A stretch of 64,000 bases of DNA from assembly GCF_009914755.1 (NCBI RefSeq), contig NC_060928.1; one strand, given 5' to 3'. Shown piece by piece: positions 1 to 13,659 of this stretch. Origin of the DNA: the human T2T-CHM13v2.0 reference genome, Homo sapiens. Below the pieces are notes generated by a model. The model had not been told where the DNA came from, ran no database searches, and saw only the letters and a list, made by a program, of their open reading frames with translations. Position 1 is the stretch's first letter; each line of letters starts with the position of its first letter. The position numbers and the translations under genes are program-made.

Positions 1-94
1 GTTTACGCTTGACTGTTTATATAATATTTATTGTCTGAATAAAAATATAAATCAAATCTCTCTCACTGAGAATATATAGATAGATATTTTACCA

Positions 95-335
95 GGTGGT
101 TAAATGTTAGGGCATTGAAAAAAAACTGTATTACTGGATTTGAGTCCTAGTTTTGCTATTACTGACTCTGTGACATTTCCAAGTCAATTAATTTATCAAA
201 GTTTTTGTTTCCTCATTCAAAAAATGGGAATTATAACAGTACCTACATTAGGAGGCTGTTGTAAAGTTTCAATGCAATAACACTTAGCAACATTACTGGC
301 ATAAAGTAAATTTTTGCTAAATTTTACCAGCTATA
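95..335 (+). mobile_element. MIR SINE, decayed
   Basis: MIR core-like text: ggatttgagtcctag...ctgtgacatttccaagtcaattaattt...gtttcctcattcaaaaaatggga...acctacattaggaggctgttgtaaag. Boundaries approximate. Confidence 0.7.
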
Positions 336-1008
336 TTACATAAACGATATTCACATAAAATTTCTATATGACAACGGTAGGCAAATGGTATTGGCTAGAA
401 AACTTTAAAAAGTTACTAACTTCTACATAATGGAAAGGGCAATTAAAAAATAAATACAGCTAACTTCATGTTTCATGAAGTGACAAAATAAAAATTTAAG
501 TGTCATAGTTCACTTGGCTTAATTTGTTTATTCACACTTTGTTCATTCTTCTCTGCTTACCTCAGACACAGTAATCTAAAATTTATCTATATTTTAAATT
601 TGTTTTTCTACAATGTTTCCAGCATCCTCCCCAAGTGTACCTCTTGTATTATCTATCCTATTCTCTGGCACCATTGTATCCTCCACCATCCTGTGCCCCA
701 CGTGGGACAGATACCACCAAATAGCCACCTCACTCTGCCTGGCTGCAGCCTTCTTTACCCAGACTCAGCAAACTTCTCAACACGGGCAGCAGGATCAACT
801 GAGTGGAAACTGCCATTCCTATCTTAGCCAGGATATGTCATCTCCCTTCATTTAAAAAAATAACATACATTAGTAGTTCTCACTTAAAATAGCAATACTT
901 CATATAGAATGACAATAAAATTGTTAGCTGTTTTGACAAGTAAAATTAGTCGTAATTCTACTGCAGTTTGATAGCTAATTTTGAATGCATATAATAATAA
1001 TTAACATG

Positions 1009-1590
1009 GTTGAACTAATTTACACTCCCACCAACTGGGTATATGCCCAAAAGATGATAAATCATTCTATCATAAAGACACATGCACACATATGCTTACT
1101 GCAGCACTACAATAGCAAAGACTTGGAATCAACCCAAATGTCTACCAATGATAGACTGGATAAAGAAAATGTGGCACCTATACACCATGGAACACTATGC
1201 AGCCATAAAAAAAGAATGAGATCATGTCCTTTGCAGGGACATGGATGAAACTGGAAGCCATCACTCTTGCCAAACTAACACAGGGACAGAAAACCTAACA
1301 CCACATGTTCTCACTCATAAGTGGGAGTTGAACAGTGAGAACACATGGACACAGGGAAGGGAACATCACACACACTGGGGCCTGTCAGGGGGTTGGGGGG
1401 AAGGGGAGGGATAGCATTAGGAGAAATACCTAATGCATGCTGGGCTTAAAACCTAGATGATAGGTTGATAGGTGCAGCAAACCACCATGGCACATGTATA
1501 CCTATGTAACAAACCTGCACGTTCTGCACATGTGTCCCAGAACTTAAAGTAAAAAAAAAAAAAAAAGAAAGAAAACCTTAAAAAAAAGTA
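1009..1590 (+). mobile_element. 5'-truncated L1PA (L1PA7/8-like) 3' end with a short 5' inversion
   Basis: ORF2 end and 3' UTR (aatagcaaagacttggaatcaacccaaatg; ataagtgggagttgaac; G-rich tract 1377-1410; cccagaacttaaagt + polyA). TSD aataattaacatg at 996-1008 and 1591-1603. Bases 1009-1035 are antisense L1. Confidence 0.95.
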
Positions 1591-2302
1591 AATAATTAAC
1601 ATGAATATTGAAGACCTTTATTAAAATAGGCTTCATTTATCAAAATTTGGGGATAGAAAAAGGTAAAGCAGTGTTTTTGTAGAAATTTTTCCATAGAACA
1701 CAGTTACGGTTGTTGCTTTTCATAAAGGAAGAATAAAACAGATAGAGTACTGTGGTTTAAGATGTACGCTTAATCAGAGATCACTTTGTGCTGGTCCGAA
1801 AGACTGGGCAGAAAAATATTTTGCTTTATATTACCCAAGTGTAATTGCCAAGGGAAACAATGCATTAGAATGCATTCCCCCAAATGGATGTTAGGAAGAA
1901 AAGGGGCTATGAGAATAAAGTCACCATGTTTGAGGCACCATCCTAGGAGGAAATGGGTCACGTTGGTGGGATTCACCGGCTGCTGGGAAGGAGTGCAGGC
2001 TGCAACTAGACAAGACAGGAGTGCTGAGAGTTAAGCAGGCAAGCCTCTGTGACACATAACTGGATGTTTAGATTATGCTGTGAATCCAACGTCGGATTTA
2101 AGGATATTCCCAGATTCAGTTATTTGCCCAAAGGGATGCAGCTAAGAAGGGTCACAGAAGGGATCTGAGCTGACAAGGGTGTAACTAGACACACTCTGGA
2201 TCTAGAGACCACCAGGAAATACCACCTCTTAATAGTGAGAATATCCCACACATTTTCAGGTAACACAGATAATGGATGATACTTCAAAAAAATTTTTTTT
2301 TT

Positions 2303-2710
<408 letters not shown>

Positions 2711-3969
2711 TCAATTTGGTAAACAACAACAAGTGGTGTAGGGAAACGGAAATAAGCTGGCCTGGAAAGTATTCTACAAGAAGGGATAACATGCAATTTA
2801 TTTTTCCCCCAATCTTACAGTGTTGATTTAAAAATTGCCACTGCTCTGTTTTTAAAATACATGCTCCACAGACTTTTCCCTCTCAGGGAAAATAAAAGGG
2901 GCCATATGCAAACTACAAAGGAAAGTGCCTGACATAGGGCAATAAGCAGCCACTTAGAAACTCATGGAAAGCTCACACAGTTTCCTAGTGGACAAAGTGC
3001 TTAACTCCATTAGTGCCATAGGCTGATTAAATCACCCACATTACATTTCAATGGTGTTTCAGCCAATTAAGCCGGCTCAATTCATCTCTGCTTTCTGGGG
3101 TCATAAAGACATTAGAATCAAATTTATGAACAGGCCTGTTAGTGAAATGGCTTGTAGAGTTGTTTTTAAATCAGGGTGGCTAAATGAATTTTTTAAAAAG
3201 TTTAAAATGGTCCAAAACAAGTAAATTTTTTTTAAATATTCGAAGTCACCATGATATGGCCTTAATTACATTCAGCAAATGCTTTTCCCCTTCTTTCTCG
3301 AGGCTGACTTGGAAAGCAGTGAATGGAGGAAATCAGCCAACTGGAACAGAGGAAGAAATAAGCTGAATTCATTTTCAGTCAGGTGGCCTCATTGTGGAAC
3401 TATCTTCTGGTAGCACTCAGTTCTCCTGAATGATGATGCCACCAAGCAGCACATGGAAGAGGGCAGATTTGATCCCAGAAGTAACATGCATCTAGTAAAC
3501 GCCATTTAAACGATTAGGTTGTGCAATTTCTAGAATGATAGAGATACTGCTTCTGATATTCCTGCATAATTCGTCAAGCTCCGCACAAAAACACCATGAG
3601 ATCTTTGACCAAAATGAACACAAAGAACTCATCAGGTATGAGTAAATTAAGTGTATGTAAATCGACAGCAGCAAATGCTTCATGAGTAAATAAATTTCTA
3701 TTTCATTATGCTGAATAGAACCAGGAGTATTTATTGTTCATGATACAGTTTATCAAGGGTTTAAAGATACTTTATATTGAAGGAACTAGATTTTGACTAA
3801 TTTTTAATAAGAACAATGACTGTACAAAAAATGTATATTTTTAGACTGAACTCACCATCAGGTATAGGAAAATGGCAAGTCTAGGGTCAATCATTAGAGC
3901 TGCCTCTCATTTATCATAAATGATCACTGGATTCAATAGCCATCCTGATGGTCTTAAAAATCCACCTGC

Positions 3970-4455
3970 CCATAATTAGTTAGAGTGTACGTCTGTCTGC
4001 TTGCAAGAGGGACTCATTTCAATAGTGGCTTACACAAAAGATTTTTTTTCTGTTTAGTTTTTGTTTGATGTAACACTACACAGATAGTAAATGCAAGGCC
4101 AGTATAATGGCTCTGTTAGAGAAATGCACGCAGGGACCAGTCGTCTTCTATCTTACTGCCCCATTATTTCTGCAATTTTTCTCTTCAAGCGTTGTCCAAG
4201 TTGGCAAAGTGCATTTCAGCCAGCAGAGAGGATGAAAAGAACAACCCTTAGATTTAAGAACACAAGTCAGAAGACGCATATTTCATTTGCATTCACATGT
4301 CATTTACGTAACTTAGTCATAGTAATATACCTGATTACAAAGGTGAATGGATAATGTTGCACTATTCTGGCCAGTTTTATACTCAGCTAAAATTTCTATT
4401 GGCTTGGAAGAAGGGGAGAATAGATAACTGAGAGGTCACTAGCAGACTCTTCTAT
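3970..4455 (-). mobile_element. Old MaLR LTR (MLT1J/K/L-like)
   Basis: Resembles MLT1 motifs: aatagtggcttacacaaaag, ttcagccagcagagagg, cttagtcatagt...cctgattacaaagg, gaagaaggggagaatagata. Confidence 0.5.
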
Positions 4456-4839
4456 AGATGGGAAATACGTAATCACCTTAAATAGGTAAGTAACAAGAAA
4501 ATATCCTTCAGGAAATCAGCAGAGGAAGAATTTCACATAGTATACGGGGCTCAATTCCTATCTAGTTTCTAGTCATGAGGTGTTGAAAAGTGCGTCTTCT
4601 GATAAAGCTGCAATCTTCAGTGCTCCATAGACTAACCACCAACAAATGCAAACTGACACTTCTGAAATGAATTAGTGTGCATATCAACAATCTCCTAATG
4701 GCTTTCATCCTTTCTATCGCTTTTGACCTTGCCTTTTGGAGGCATTTGATAAATGATTAATTATTCATTCTAGAACTTGATCCTTGAACAACTAAACTAC
4801 TTCCCGGAAGCAAATACGGATGTGTATTAGGGTATCAGA

Positions 4840-4985
4840 ATCAATCAATTATTCACTGATGGTATGCTTTGTATTTGTCTAGCCTGTGACAATCTCTAAG
4901 TTAGGTGGTCTGTAAGATATAAAAATAATGGAATACATGGTCTCTGACCTCAAAGGAGTTACCACTAGAATGAAATAAATACTAA
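4840..4985 (-). mobile_element. L2 3' end fragment
   Basis: aatcaatcaattattcactgatgg...catggtctctgacctcaaaggagtt matches the antisense L2 tail pattern. Confidence 0.45.
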
Positions 4986-5612
4986 GCAGGATGTGTGGGC
5001 TGGATTCTTATGACTGACTGTATTATCTGTCTTCAGGGTCTTCCACTCAATTCTGTGAGCCTGGGCCAAATTACAGAGTACTGAAGAAAGAAAGAGGATT
5101 CAAAACAAAACAAACTGAAAAAAAACGCCCTTCAAAATCTGAAAATGTCCCTCATTGAAAACTGTGGTGGTATTGAAGGAAAAAGAAAAACACCACAAGA
5201 CCTAAATTTGAGATTAAGATTATAATTTACTGTTATAATGCATACAGGAAGAAGTGGAGAAGAATATATACAGCTCAGATATGAGTGTCTTAATGAGTTA
5301 CTGATGGCAAGAAAAAGACAGAATATGAGTATTACTTCCTGGGGATAGAAGAAAGGGAAAATCGGAATACAGAAAAAGGAGGCTGAAGGCAGAGAATTAT
5401 GGCTCAGAGAGGAAAATTCAGCATGGGGACCCAGGACAGTTGGTCTGTCAGTTCCAAATCAGGGGAAAGAAGGGAGGGAAAGTCCAGGTTTGTATTTTCT
5501 GAATATGGTAAATTTTCATTCATGGAAGGATATATACTAAGTGCATAAGATCTGTAGGTCTTTGATAGATTGGAGCATATCAGGAGTTTCCTTGTTCCTT
5601 TGACTTTAGAGA

Positions 5613-5940
5613 TTTTTTTTTGTTTGTTTGTATGTTTTTAAAGACAGAGTCTCTCTCTGTTACCCACGCTGGAGTGGTGCAATCATGGCCTACTGCAGCT
5701 TCCACTTCCTGGGCTCAAGTGATCCTCCTGTCTCATCCCTCCCAAGTAGCTGGGACCATAGGTGTGTGCCACCACACTTGGCTAAGTTTTTATATTTTTT
5801 TGTAGAGACAGAGTCTCACTATGTTGCCCCGGCTGGTCTTGAGTTTCTGTGCTCAAGCAATATTCCTGCCATGGCCTCCCAAAAGGTGAGGGATTACAGG
5901 TGTGATGGAATTTTACAGGTGTGAACCACCACATCCGGCC
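5613..5940 (-). mobile_element. Alu (AluJ-like)
   Basis: T-rich tail then agacagagtctctctctgttaccc...ctcaagtgatcctcctg...accaccacatccggcc. High divergence; agagat flanks both ends. Confidence 0.92.
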
Positions 5941-7284
5941 AGAGATGCTCTTTTACATGTATTTACATGGAACAGTTATGTCCACATAGCTTGGCATTTT
6001 GAGAAAAGGCCAGGGGTCTCTTTTGGGTAACTAGTTCTCTCTGTGGTCAGGAGCAACAGCTGGTCCCACCATGATGTAAGAAAACCATGTGAGAGAGGCA
6101 GAAAAGGGCAGTTCTGACAGACTGTAGGATTAGCGGGCTTTTATTACATCCCCTTTGTGACTCCTTCTGAGTTGCTTCTTCTATGAACTGCTTGATATAT
6201 AAGGTTTGGCATGATGCCTGGTATAGCAGGCTCACTGGTGAGTTTAAGATAAAGGTTGTTAGACTACATGCTGGGTGTTGTATGATGATTTACGACGGTG
6301 TTTGGAGACAGATGTAATGTACTGCCACAGAGATAGCGTTGGTCATTTGAGAGACAAAGTCACATGGCAGGAGATGGTGAGAAAAGTAGACGTTCAACAA
6401 TGTAAAGATGTTTAAAGAATTTTATAGCAAAATTAACTGAACAAATTCTAGGTCTGTACCAATGGTTGAGTCTTGTTTGCGGCCTCATTTGGTCTGCTAA
6501 TAATGCCCTCTTATTGACAAAGCTACTAATACGATACAAAACTTAACAATTCTTGTTTAGATTTTAAGTTCAGCCAGCAATTTAAAAACATTTTTAAACA
6601 TATCAAATTTTAACCTTTGCTTTAAAGACTTTTGAAAAATACTTGGTCTCATTTTAAAGGTTTAGTTAATTAAACACCTTTTACATTTCTAACTGCACTT
6701 AGAGTTTAGATTGCTATTTAAAGCACTAAATGAATCAAACAGAGCCTTCTTGAGCATTAATATTTATTTTTAAATTATCTCTTGTCAAACTGTGTTTAAC
6801 TCTTTAAGGAAGGAAATAGCAAGATGATGAAGTTGTTTCAAAACAGTGTAGGATATATAGAAGTATACATAATTACTGACAGAAAAAACCTGGAATAAAA
6901 ATGTAAACTTAAAAAATTGATCAATACACAACAGGGCAATGCAGCTATGACTTTGTGTTCTGATCTTTTCTCTTGGACAGAGGTTATTTGGATGTCTGTA
7001 AGACAAAATTCACTTATGTCACTCTCAGACAAGAATCTGTTGCCTGGCTATTTCTTTTCAACTAGTTAATCTTTATCCTTACAGAGTTGTAAAATGCCTT
7101 AATCAATAGTAAATGATAAGTAAAACAAGAATACGTACTTATAAAGAATGAGATAATATTTGGATATTTGGATCTCTTATTAGGCAATGACACAAAATGA
7201 TAGTTCTCCCTTTGCCTATTTCCAAGTTTTGGATTTTTTTTCCTTAGTGTACCACTCCTAATGATTTCAACCAATCTCTAAAGA

Positions 7285-7631
7285 TTTTTTTTAACGTTTA
7301 TTTTAAGTTCGGGGATACATGTGCAGGTTTGTTATATAGGTAAACTTGTGTCATGAGGATTTACTGTACAGATTATTTCATCACCCAGGTATTAAGCCCG
7401 GTACCCATTAGTTGTGTTTCCTGATCCCGTCCCTCCTCCCACCCTCTCTCCTCCAATAGGCCCCAGTGCACATTGTTCCCCTCTCTGAGCTCATGTGTGC
7501 TCATAATTTAGCTCTCGCTTACAAGTGAGAACATGTTGTATTTAGTATTTTGCTCGTGCATTAGCTTGCTAAAAATAATGGCTTCCAGCTCCGTCCACGT
7601 GTCTGCAAAGGATGTGATCTTGTTCTTTTTT
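7285..7631 (-). mobile_element. 5'-truncated L1 3' end (older L1PA, ~PA13-16)
   Basis: ttttaagttcggggatacatgtgcaggtttgttatataggtaaac...tacaagtgagaacatg...tggcttccagctccgtccacgt. Probable TSD aagatttt. Confidence 0.9.
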
Positions 7632-7699
7632 GGAAGATTTTCATTTTTATTTAAAAAGTTGCCTGATCTCACTGTGTTTTGGTCTGATTTGTTTACATA

Positions 7700-9100
7700 T
7701 GTGCAGCAGAAGGTGCTGGTTGACATACTTTGTAATACGGTCAGCAAATCAAAAGTCACATAGTGTTAAATAACTAAGACCAAAAAGGTAATTTCTATTT
7801 AGAGATTTTGAAAGAAACTGGGGATTGGATTTTTAATATGCTTTATTGTTCTAGGGATTTATTAGCTCATAGTAGTAGTATTAATATTTGCTCTTATATT
7901 AAATGCATATGAGACCAAACCCCAGAAATTCATTTTCAACAAATTTTATCTGCAGTATCAATAAACGTGTTTGAAATCCCCCTCTAAAATCTGCTAAGTA
8001 ATTTACCTGATAGAAAATGACTTATCCTCTGACGTGTAAGGCTGGGACACTGTTAGTTACAGAGCTGTACCAGACCATTTGCCTACGAGGGCTTTCTAGT
8101 CATTGGTTCCAGACAAAAAGTACAGCCTTTGCTTTTTAATGGTTTGCTTTAACACCTGAGTAAATAAAATTTATTTTCAAATATGACACTCCAGAAAATT
8201 CAAACACAATTTGAACAATTGATTTGTTAAATTGCATCCTGATTTTCAAAGCAGGGGACTGATGCTTGTCGTATTAATTAAATCACCACAGTGCCATTGA
8301 ATGTGAAAAAAATCAGAAAAGTGTTCGTTCCTGATTTCCTTAAATATCATCAAAGGGGATAAAAGAGCTTTCAAAATAACATCAACAGTATACCAAACAA
8401 ATAACCATTATTAACTTTTCTTTTTCAGTTCTCTCCTTCTTACTTTGTTGATTTTTTGTTCTAAGAGATTTTGGGCCTATAGTTTACTTTTATGAAATCT
8501 TCTGCATCTGTATAAAAATAAGTTCTGTAATTGTTGACTCAGTCCTGTGTCACACTCTGACATTTGTCTACGTTATATCAGCCCAGAAGCCAGTATTATT
8601 AGTCTTTCCTTGAAGTATTAATAGTTAAGACTCGCTAACATAGTTCTATCCATGAAGCTCTGAGACTGACCTTTGTAGCAGAGCAAATGTCTAGCCTGCT
8701 GTAGCTTTTAGCAGAGCCTCTGAAAAGCATGAGAGAAGAACAGAAACCACTTATAGATAATAAGACTTGATGACTGTGTTTAATTTATTACAGTAACCAA
8801 AAACCTCAAGAGTGAAGAAACATAAAAATACTTTATCATACGTACAATAAATAGTTGGTTCAAAACAAATTGATTAGTGTTTTCTGGAAAGAATGAGAAA
8901 CGTTTAATGAACACAAGGTTACTACTAAATATTCAGGACCTTCCTCTGAAATCCACAACTTCTGTAACATACTTATAGTAATAATAATTTGCCTGAGCAA
9001 AATTGATCTAAAAGAGGGTGAGTTTCCCTTTTAATGTGATTGCTCTTTTCATAAATTAGCCAATGTGTTGTTGAACTAAGTAGAAACATGGAGCATACCA
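7700..9100 (-). mobile_element. Possible decayed ERV1 (MER4-group) internal remnant
   Basis: Reverse-strand phrases such as cccagccttacacgtcagaggataagtc and ctcagagcttcatggatagaactatg resemble MER4-group internal sequence from memory. No LTR or ORF seen. Confidence 0.3.
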
Positions 9101-9130
9101 AAAAATAATTTCTAGCACTCCTCTTTTTTA

Positions 9131-9182
9131 TCAGGTTGGTGCAAAAGTAATTGGTTTCTGCCATTACTTTTAATGGTAAATA
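9131..9182. mobile_element. MADE1 (Hsmar1-derived MITE), partial
   Basis: tcaggttggtgcaaaagtaattggtttctgccattacttttaatggtaaa matches the MADE1 TIR taggttggtgcaaaagtaattgcgg and the central region; the second TIR is missing. Confidence 0.85.
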
Positions 9183-11287
9183 ATATTTGGTTTTCCAGAG
9201 ACCCACCTGGAAATCTTAAATACAGCTTAAATGTAAAAAACATCTTGACTTTTTTTTTCTTTTTTTAATTTAGGAATTATTTTAGGGGACAAAATTACAA
9301 GCATTAATGTGGTTAATGTGATTAAAATAATAGAATATAATTTTTTGAAAGCAATGAAAGGTTTTAGATTATTACCTATAAATATGAGGAACAGTATAAT
9401 ATCTAAAATTACAAATATAAGAAAGTATCGCCATCATAATAAATGTTATTCCTTTCTTTCAGAAGTGAGAAACTTTTACTCAATTATTTTAAATAATCAA
9501 AGATACTAAAAAGTTGGCATAAAGCATAGAAAGTTACTCTGGTGAGATACAAAATTTCTGTCAACTAAAAAGATTGCAGAAAGGGGACAGATCAACTTTT
9601 ACTATCCTTTGTTATGAGCAGACTGGATGTTCTAACACCAATTTATCATTTCAATAAGCAAAAAACAAAATTTTAATTTTTCATTATTATGATTTGTATC
9701 ATTAAGTATTCATATATTCTTTAAACGAACAACTCTATCAAAATTGAGCACACGGGCTAAAATTTAGCCCAATTTATTGTCTTTTCAGACTCATTGTTTG
9801 TCATTATTATAAATGAAGGTGAATGAAGTTTCCTATTTGTATGCAAATCTTCTACAACCTCCTAATTCCATTCAAATTTTATGAAAAAGTACATTCCTTA
9901 CTCTGCATACATGTGTTTCTGTGCAGCTTCTAATATAGTCTAACTCACACTAGCTTAACTTTTAAGCAAAGTCAGTAACTCTTATTTTGTTACAATTTTG
10001 ACAACTGAGAACTGTCTCTAAAATATGAGGATTTCAGAGGCCAGCAAAGTTCATGAGCACAGATAGTAACGACCCACAGCCACGTACGTACCAGTCACAT
10101 CATTTAAACAGGTAAAAAATAAAAGCACACTTGTTAAAATAACCCGGAGGCATAATGATTTTTTAATATAAAATATGAGAAAAATATACAATGTATGAGA
10201 TTATATACGTATATACACGTGTGTTTGTATGTGTGTGTACGTGTGTGTAATGCTTAGTAACCAATGTTTTAATAGTCAGTCTTACTTGAAAATTATCCAG
10301 GTATTCTTAATTTATTCATCAGTTAAATCTATCACTATCAGTGCAAAGTTGCAAATTTATCTCATCTTAGAAATTTAATATGACACGTTACATAATATAA
10401 TTACTCGATACTGAAAATTTCAGAATCATAATTCAAATTTTATGGAACACAAGTTTACATTTTTCCTAATTGTAAGCATTGTATGGAGGTAACATTAACT
10501 TATCTGGTGAGTAAATAAGAAGTTGTATAAGCTCAGATTATTTAGTCTTGTCATTTTCAAAAAGCAAATTATATTTTAAAAAATATGGAAAGTATTCCTG
10601 CCTTATACGTCATGGATAAAACCAGAGATTTGCCTAGGGATTTATTTAGTTTAGATAAATATGGATTGATATATCTAAAAAGTGAGAGATGGTTACAAAA
10701 CAACAACAAAAAACTACTTTTGAGCTGACAGTATTTGTGAGAATAATTTTTCTACTTTTATAGCTAGCATATACATTTTAGTTTACATTTTTCCAGGAAT
10801 ATTTGTGTTCCTCTATATTTGATATATATATAAACCTATAGTTCTGCAAAGCAATTAAAACAGCAATTTTATTTAAGAAGTCTTATAGTGTAATTTATTG
10901 AAATATTCCAGAGCTAGGAAATATTTCCAATTCACATAATGAGAAATAAAAGTTTTTTTCTCAATTATAGAAACACAAAACATACAGAGATTCATATTTG
11001 CTTTTACAACTTCATAGTCAAAGTGAACACAAAACACAAAAATCACTCCAGTTGAGATTTCAAAATGCTGTCTCTTTTCCAGTGTGACATGATATTGCAT
11101 CAACACAAATGACTGGGGAGCAGATTCCTTGTCACCTCTTGCCTGCCAGAGAAGAGATCTGTATTGCTTCAAGACAGAGATGGTAGATTAGCCAGACAAT
11201 GAAGCCACATTCTCAGCCATTACTAGGGAAATGGCCATGAGGAAGCCAGATTAGATTCAAATTTGGCCACTATCAGAAACGGTAGCC

Positions 11288-11313
11288 AAAAAAAAAAAAA
11301 AAAAAAAAAAAAA
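11288..11313 (+). repeat. Poly(A) mononucleotide run (~26 nt)
   Basis: Directly visible; no adjacent SINE body. Confidence 0.95.
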
Positions 11314-11797
11314 GAAGCAGAACCAGAAGAAATGATAGGAAAAAAACAGTTGCTGGAGGTAGTCTCATCATTACTTAGGATTCATTTCAGAGACCAAAAA
11401 AAGTATCTGAGCCTAAGAATTCTACATCTTAACCAAGACCATTTTAACGGCATCAGCAGCCGAATCCTCATAGGCATTTCAATAGGATGTCCAACAACTG
11501 TCAAAGGTAATTTTTAAATAGTTGAAAGTGTAATTTTCTTACAAAAGTAAACTAAGCATGTGCCAAGGATTTCTTGAATTCAATAATGAGGGAAGCGGCA
11601 ATGTGGGAAAGCTGATTGTTAAATAATTTTTATAAATTTTATAAATCTCATTCATAAAGTAGTGTACCCGAAGAAGTTTTAGTTCCAATAATGAGTATAA
11701 ATTGAATAAGATTTTACTTAAAATAATTAACCAAATAAATTGCTAAATTTTGCATCTTAAATTGAAGTTACAGAACTGATATTCTAACAAGGCTAAA

Positions 11798-11882
11798 TTA
11801 TATTTAATATATATTATATATTATACTATATAGTATATATTGTAATATACTGTATATAGTATATATCGTATGTAATATATAA
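11798..11882. repeat. (TA)-rich low-complexity tract
   Basis: ttatatttaatatatattatatattatactatatagtatatattgtaatatac... Confidence 0.85.
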
Positions 11883-12078
11883 TGCCAAATATGTTTATAT
11901 TACTTCTTAAAACAAAAATTAATAACATTCATATAGCCCATATGTGGGCTCAAATGTAAACATAACCTAAATTGTTTTGCCTATTTTATATATTTTCTGC
12001 TACCAACCAAATTGATCATTTAATAGAATAGAATTTTCATTTCCATTTCATATATATATTTATGTAATTGTCTTTTAA

Positions 12079-12393
<315 letters not shown>

Positions 12394-13504
12394 TAACTCT
12401 AAATATTTTTTAAACTTGATGGGATAATAAAGTATACAAATATATATATAGATTAATATTAAAGACTTTAGATGTTGCTGGAAAAATGCATGCTCTCATA
12501 TTTCTACCATGCAAAACTAAGAAATATTTGAAATGATATTCAATTTAATTTTGGCTTACAACTTCGAACTAGCATTTAAATTAGTTGTCTGCAATTTACT
12601 TTAAAATATTTAAGCATAGGCAATGTTATTTTAGTACTAAACTGGGTAATTTAAAATAAGCCATAATTCCACTTAGTTGTTTTCTCTAGGAATTCAAATT
12701 TGAGGTGGAATTAGCCGCTTAGAAAGGCTAAGTTCCAAAGGTGACTACGACAAGCATATCATTTCTCTTTATCTCTGATTAACATCAGATGGTTTGGCTT
12801 AAATTAGAATTATTTGTTTTGCAATAACATGTTTGTGTAATACAAATAGTTTATACTATTATCAAATAGGGAATGATGTCACTTTAATGTAGAAATTATA
12901 TTAATTCAGATATGAAGTTTCCCAACTTGTTCATTATGCACCACCAAACCACAGCAGGTGGACATCAAATACACTAAGACAGCTACATAGAGCAAACTGG
13001 AAAAATACAATGCTGTATGTGATGCTTGGTCAACCTAAATTGTTCCTCTTGGCTCTGCTGGGCCTCATGGTCTCTCTTGGAAATTTTTATTATAAATTGT
13101 ATAAATAAATTGTTTTTATTATAAATTATATCTGCTCTTTTTGCATCTTGCTCTCATCTAACATAACTCAGCAGCCTCAACCCTTCTTTATGCATTTTTG
13201 AATGAAGTAACTTCAACTTATTTTTAATCATGAATGAAATCTTAATATATTCAAAATATCAGATGTTAGGAAAAATGAACAACTATATGATTTTTTTTTC
13301 TAAATAAGTCAGAGGTAGTCTATTTCTTTTCTGGTTACACTAGATTAGTTGCTTTTATTACTCAGCAATATTTAATGCTCTCTGTTGCCCCTCCCTCTTT
13401 TTCCGAAGAGAGCTCTGTTTAGAGTAATAAAGTTTCTTATCTGTTTCTTGGCCTATGGCTTATTTTTATCAATATAACCCTTAAACTTTCTGTGGACAAT
13501 TCAT

Positions 13505-13630
13505 AGCAGCATAGCCTAGGATTTAATATCACAGACTGTGGTCAGACTGCTTGAATCTTGGCTGCAACACTTACTGATTGCTTCTAGGATGGGTTATTCA
13601 ATCTCCTCTGTGAGAATATTTTACATTAAA
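13505..13630 (+). mobile_element. MIR fragment
   Basis: agcagcatagcctagg...cagactgcttgaatcttggctgcaacacttactg...gggttattcaatctcctctgtg. Confidence 0.5.
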
Positions 13631-13659
13631 ATATAATTTCTTTAAATAATATAGAAAAA

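Noticed and set aside
9754-9770. Palindrome gggctaaaatttagccc
   Set aside because: An 8-bp arm is expected by chance in 64 kb, and there is no supporting context.
11200-11340. Poly(A) as the tail of a processed pseudogene or orphan transduction
   Set aside because: No AATAAA just upstream, no convincing TSD (only gaagc similarities) and no recognisable coding remnant.
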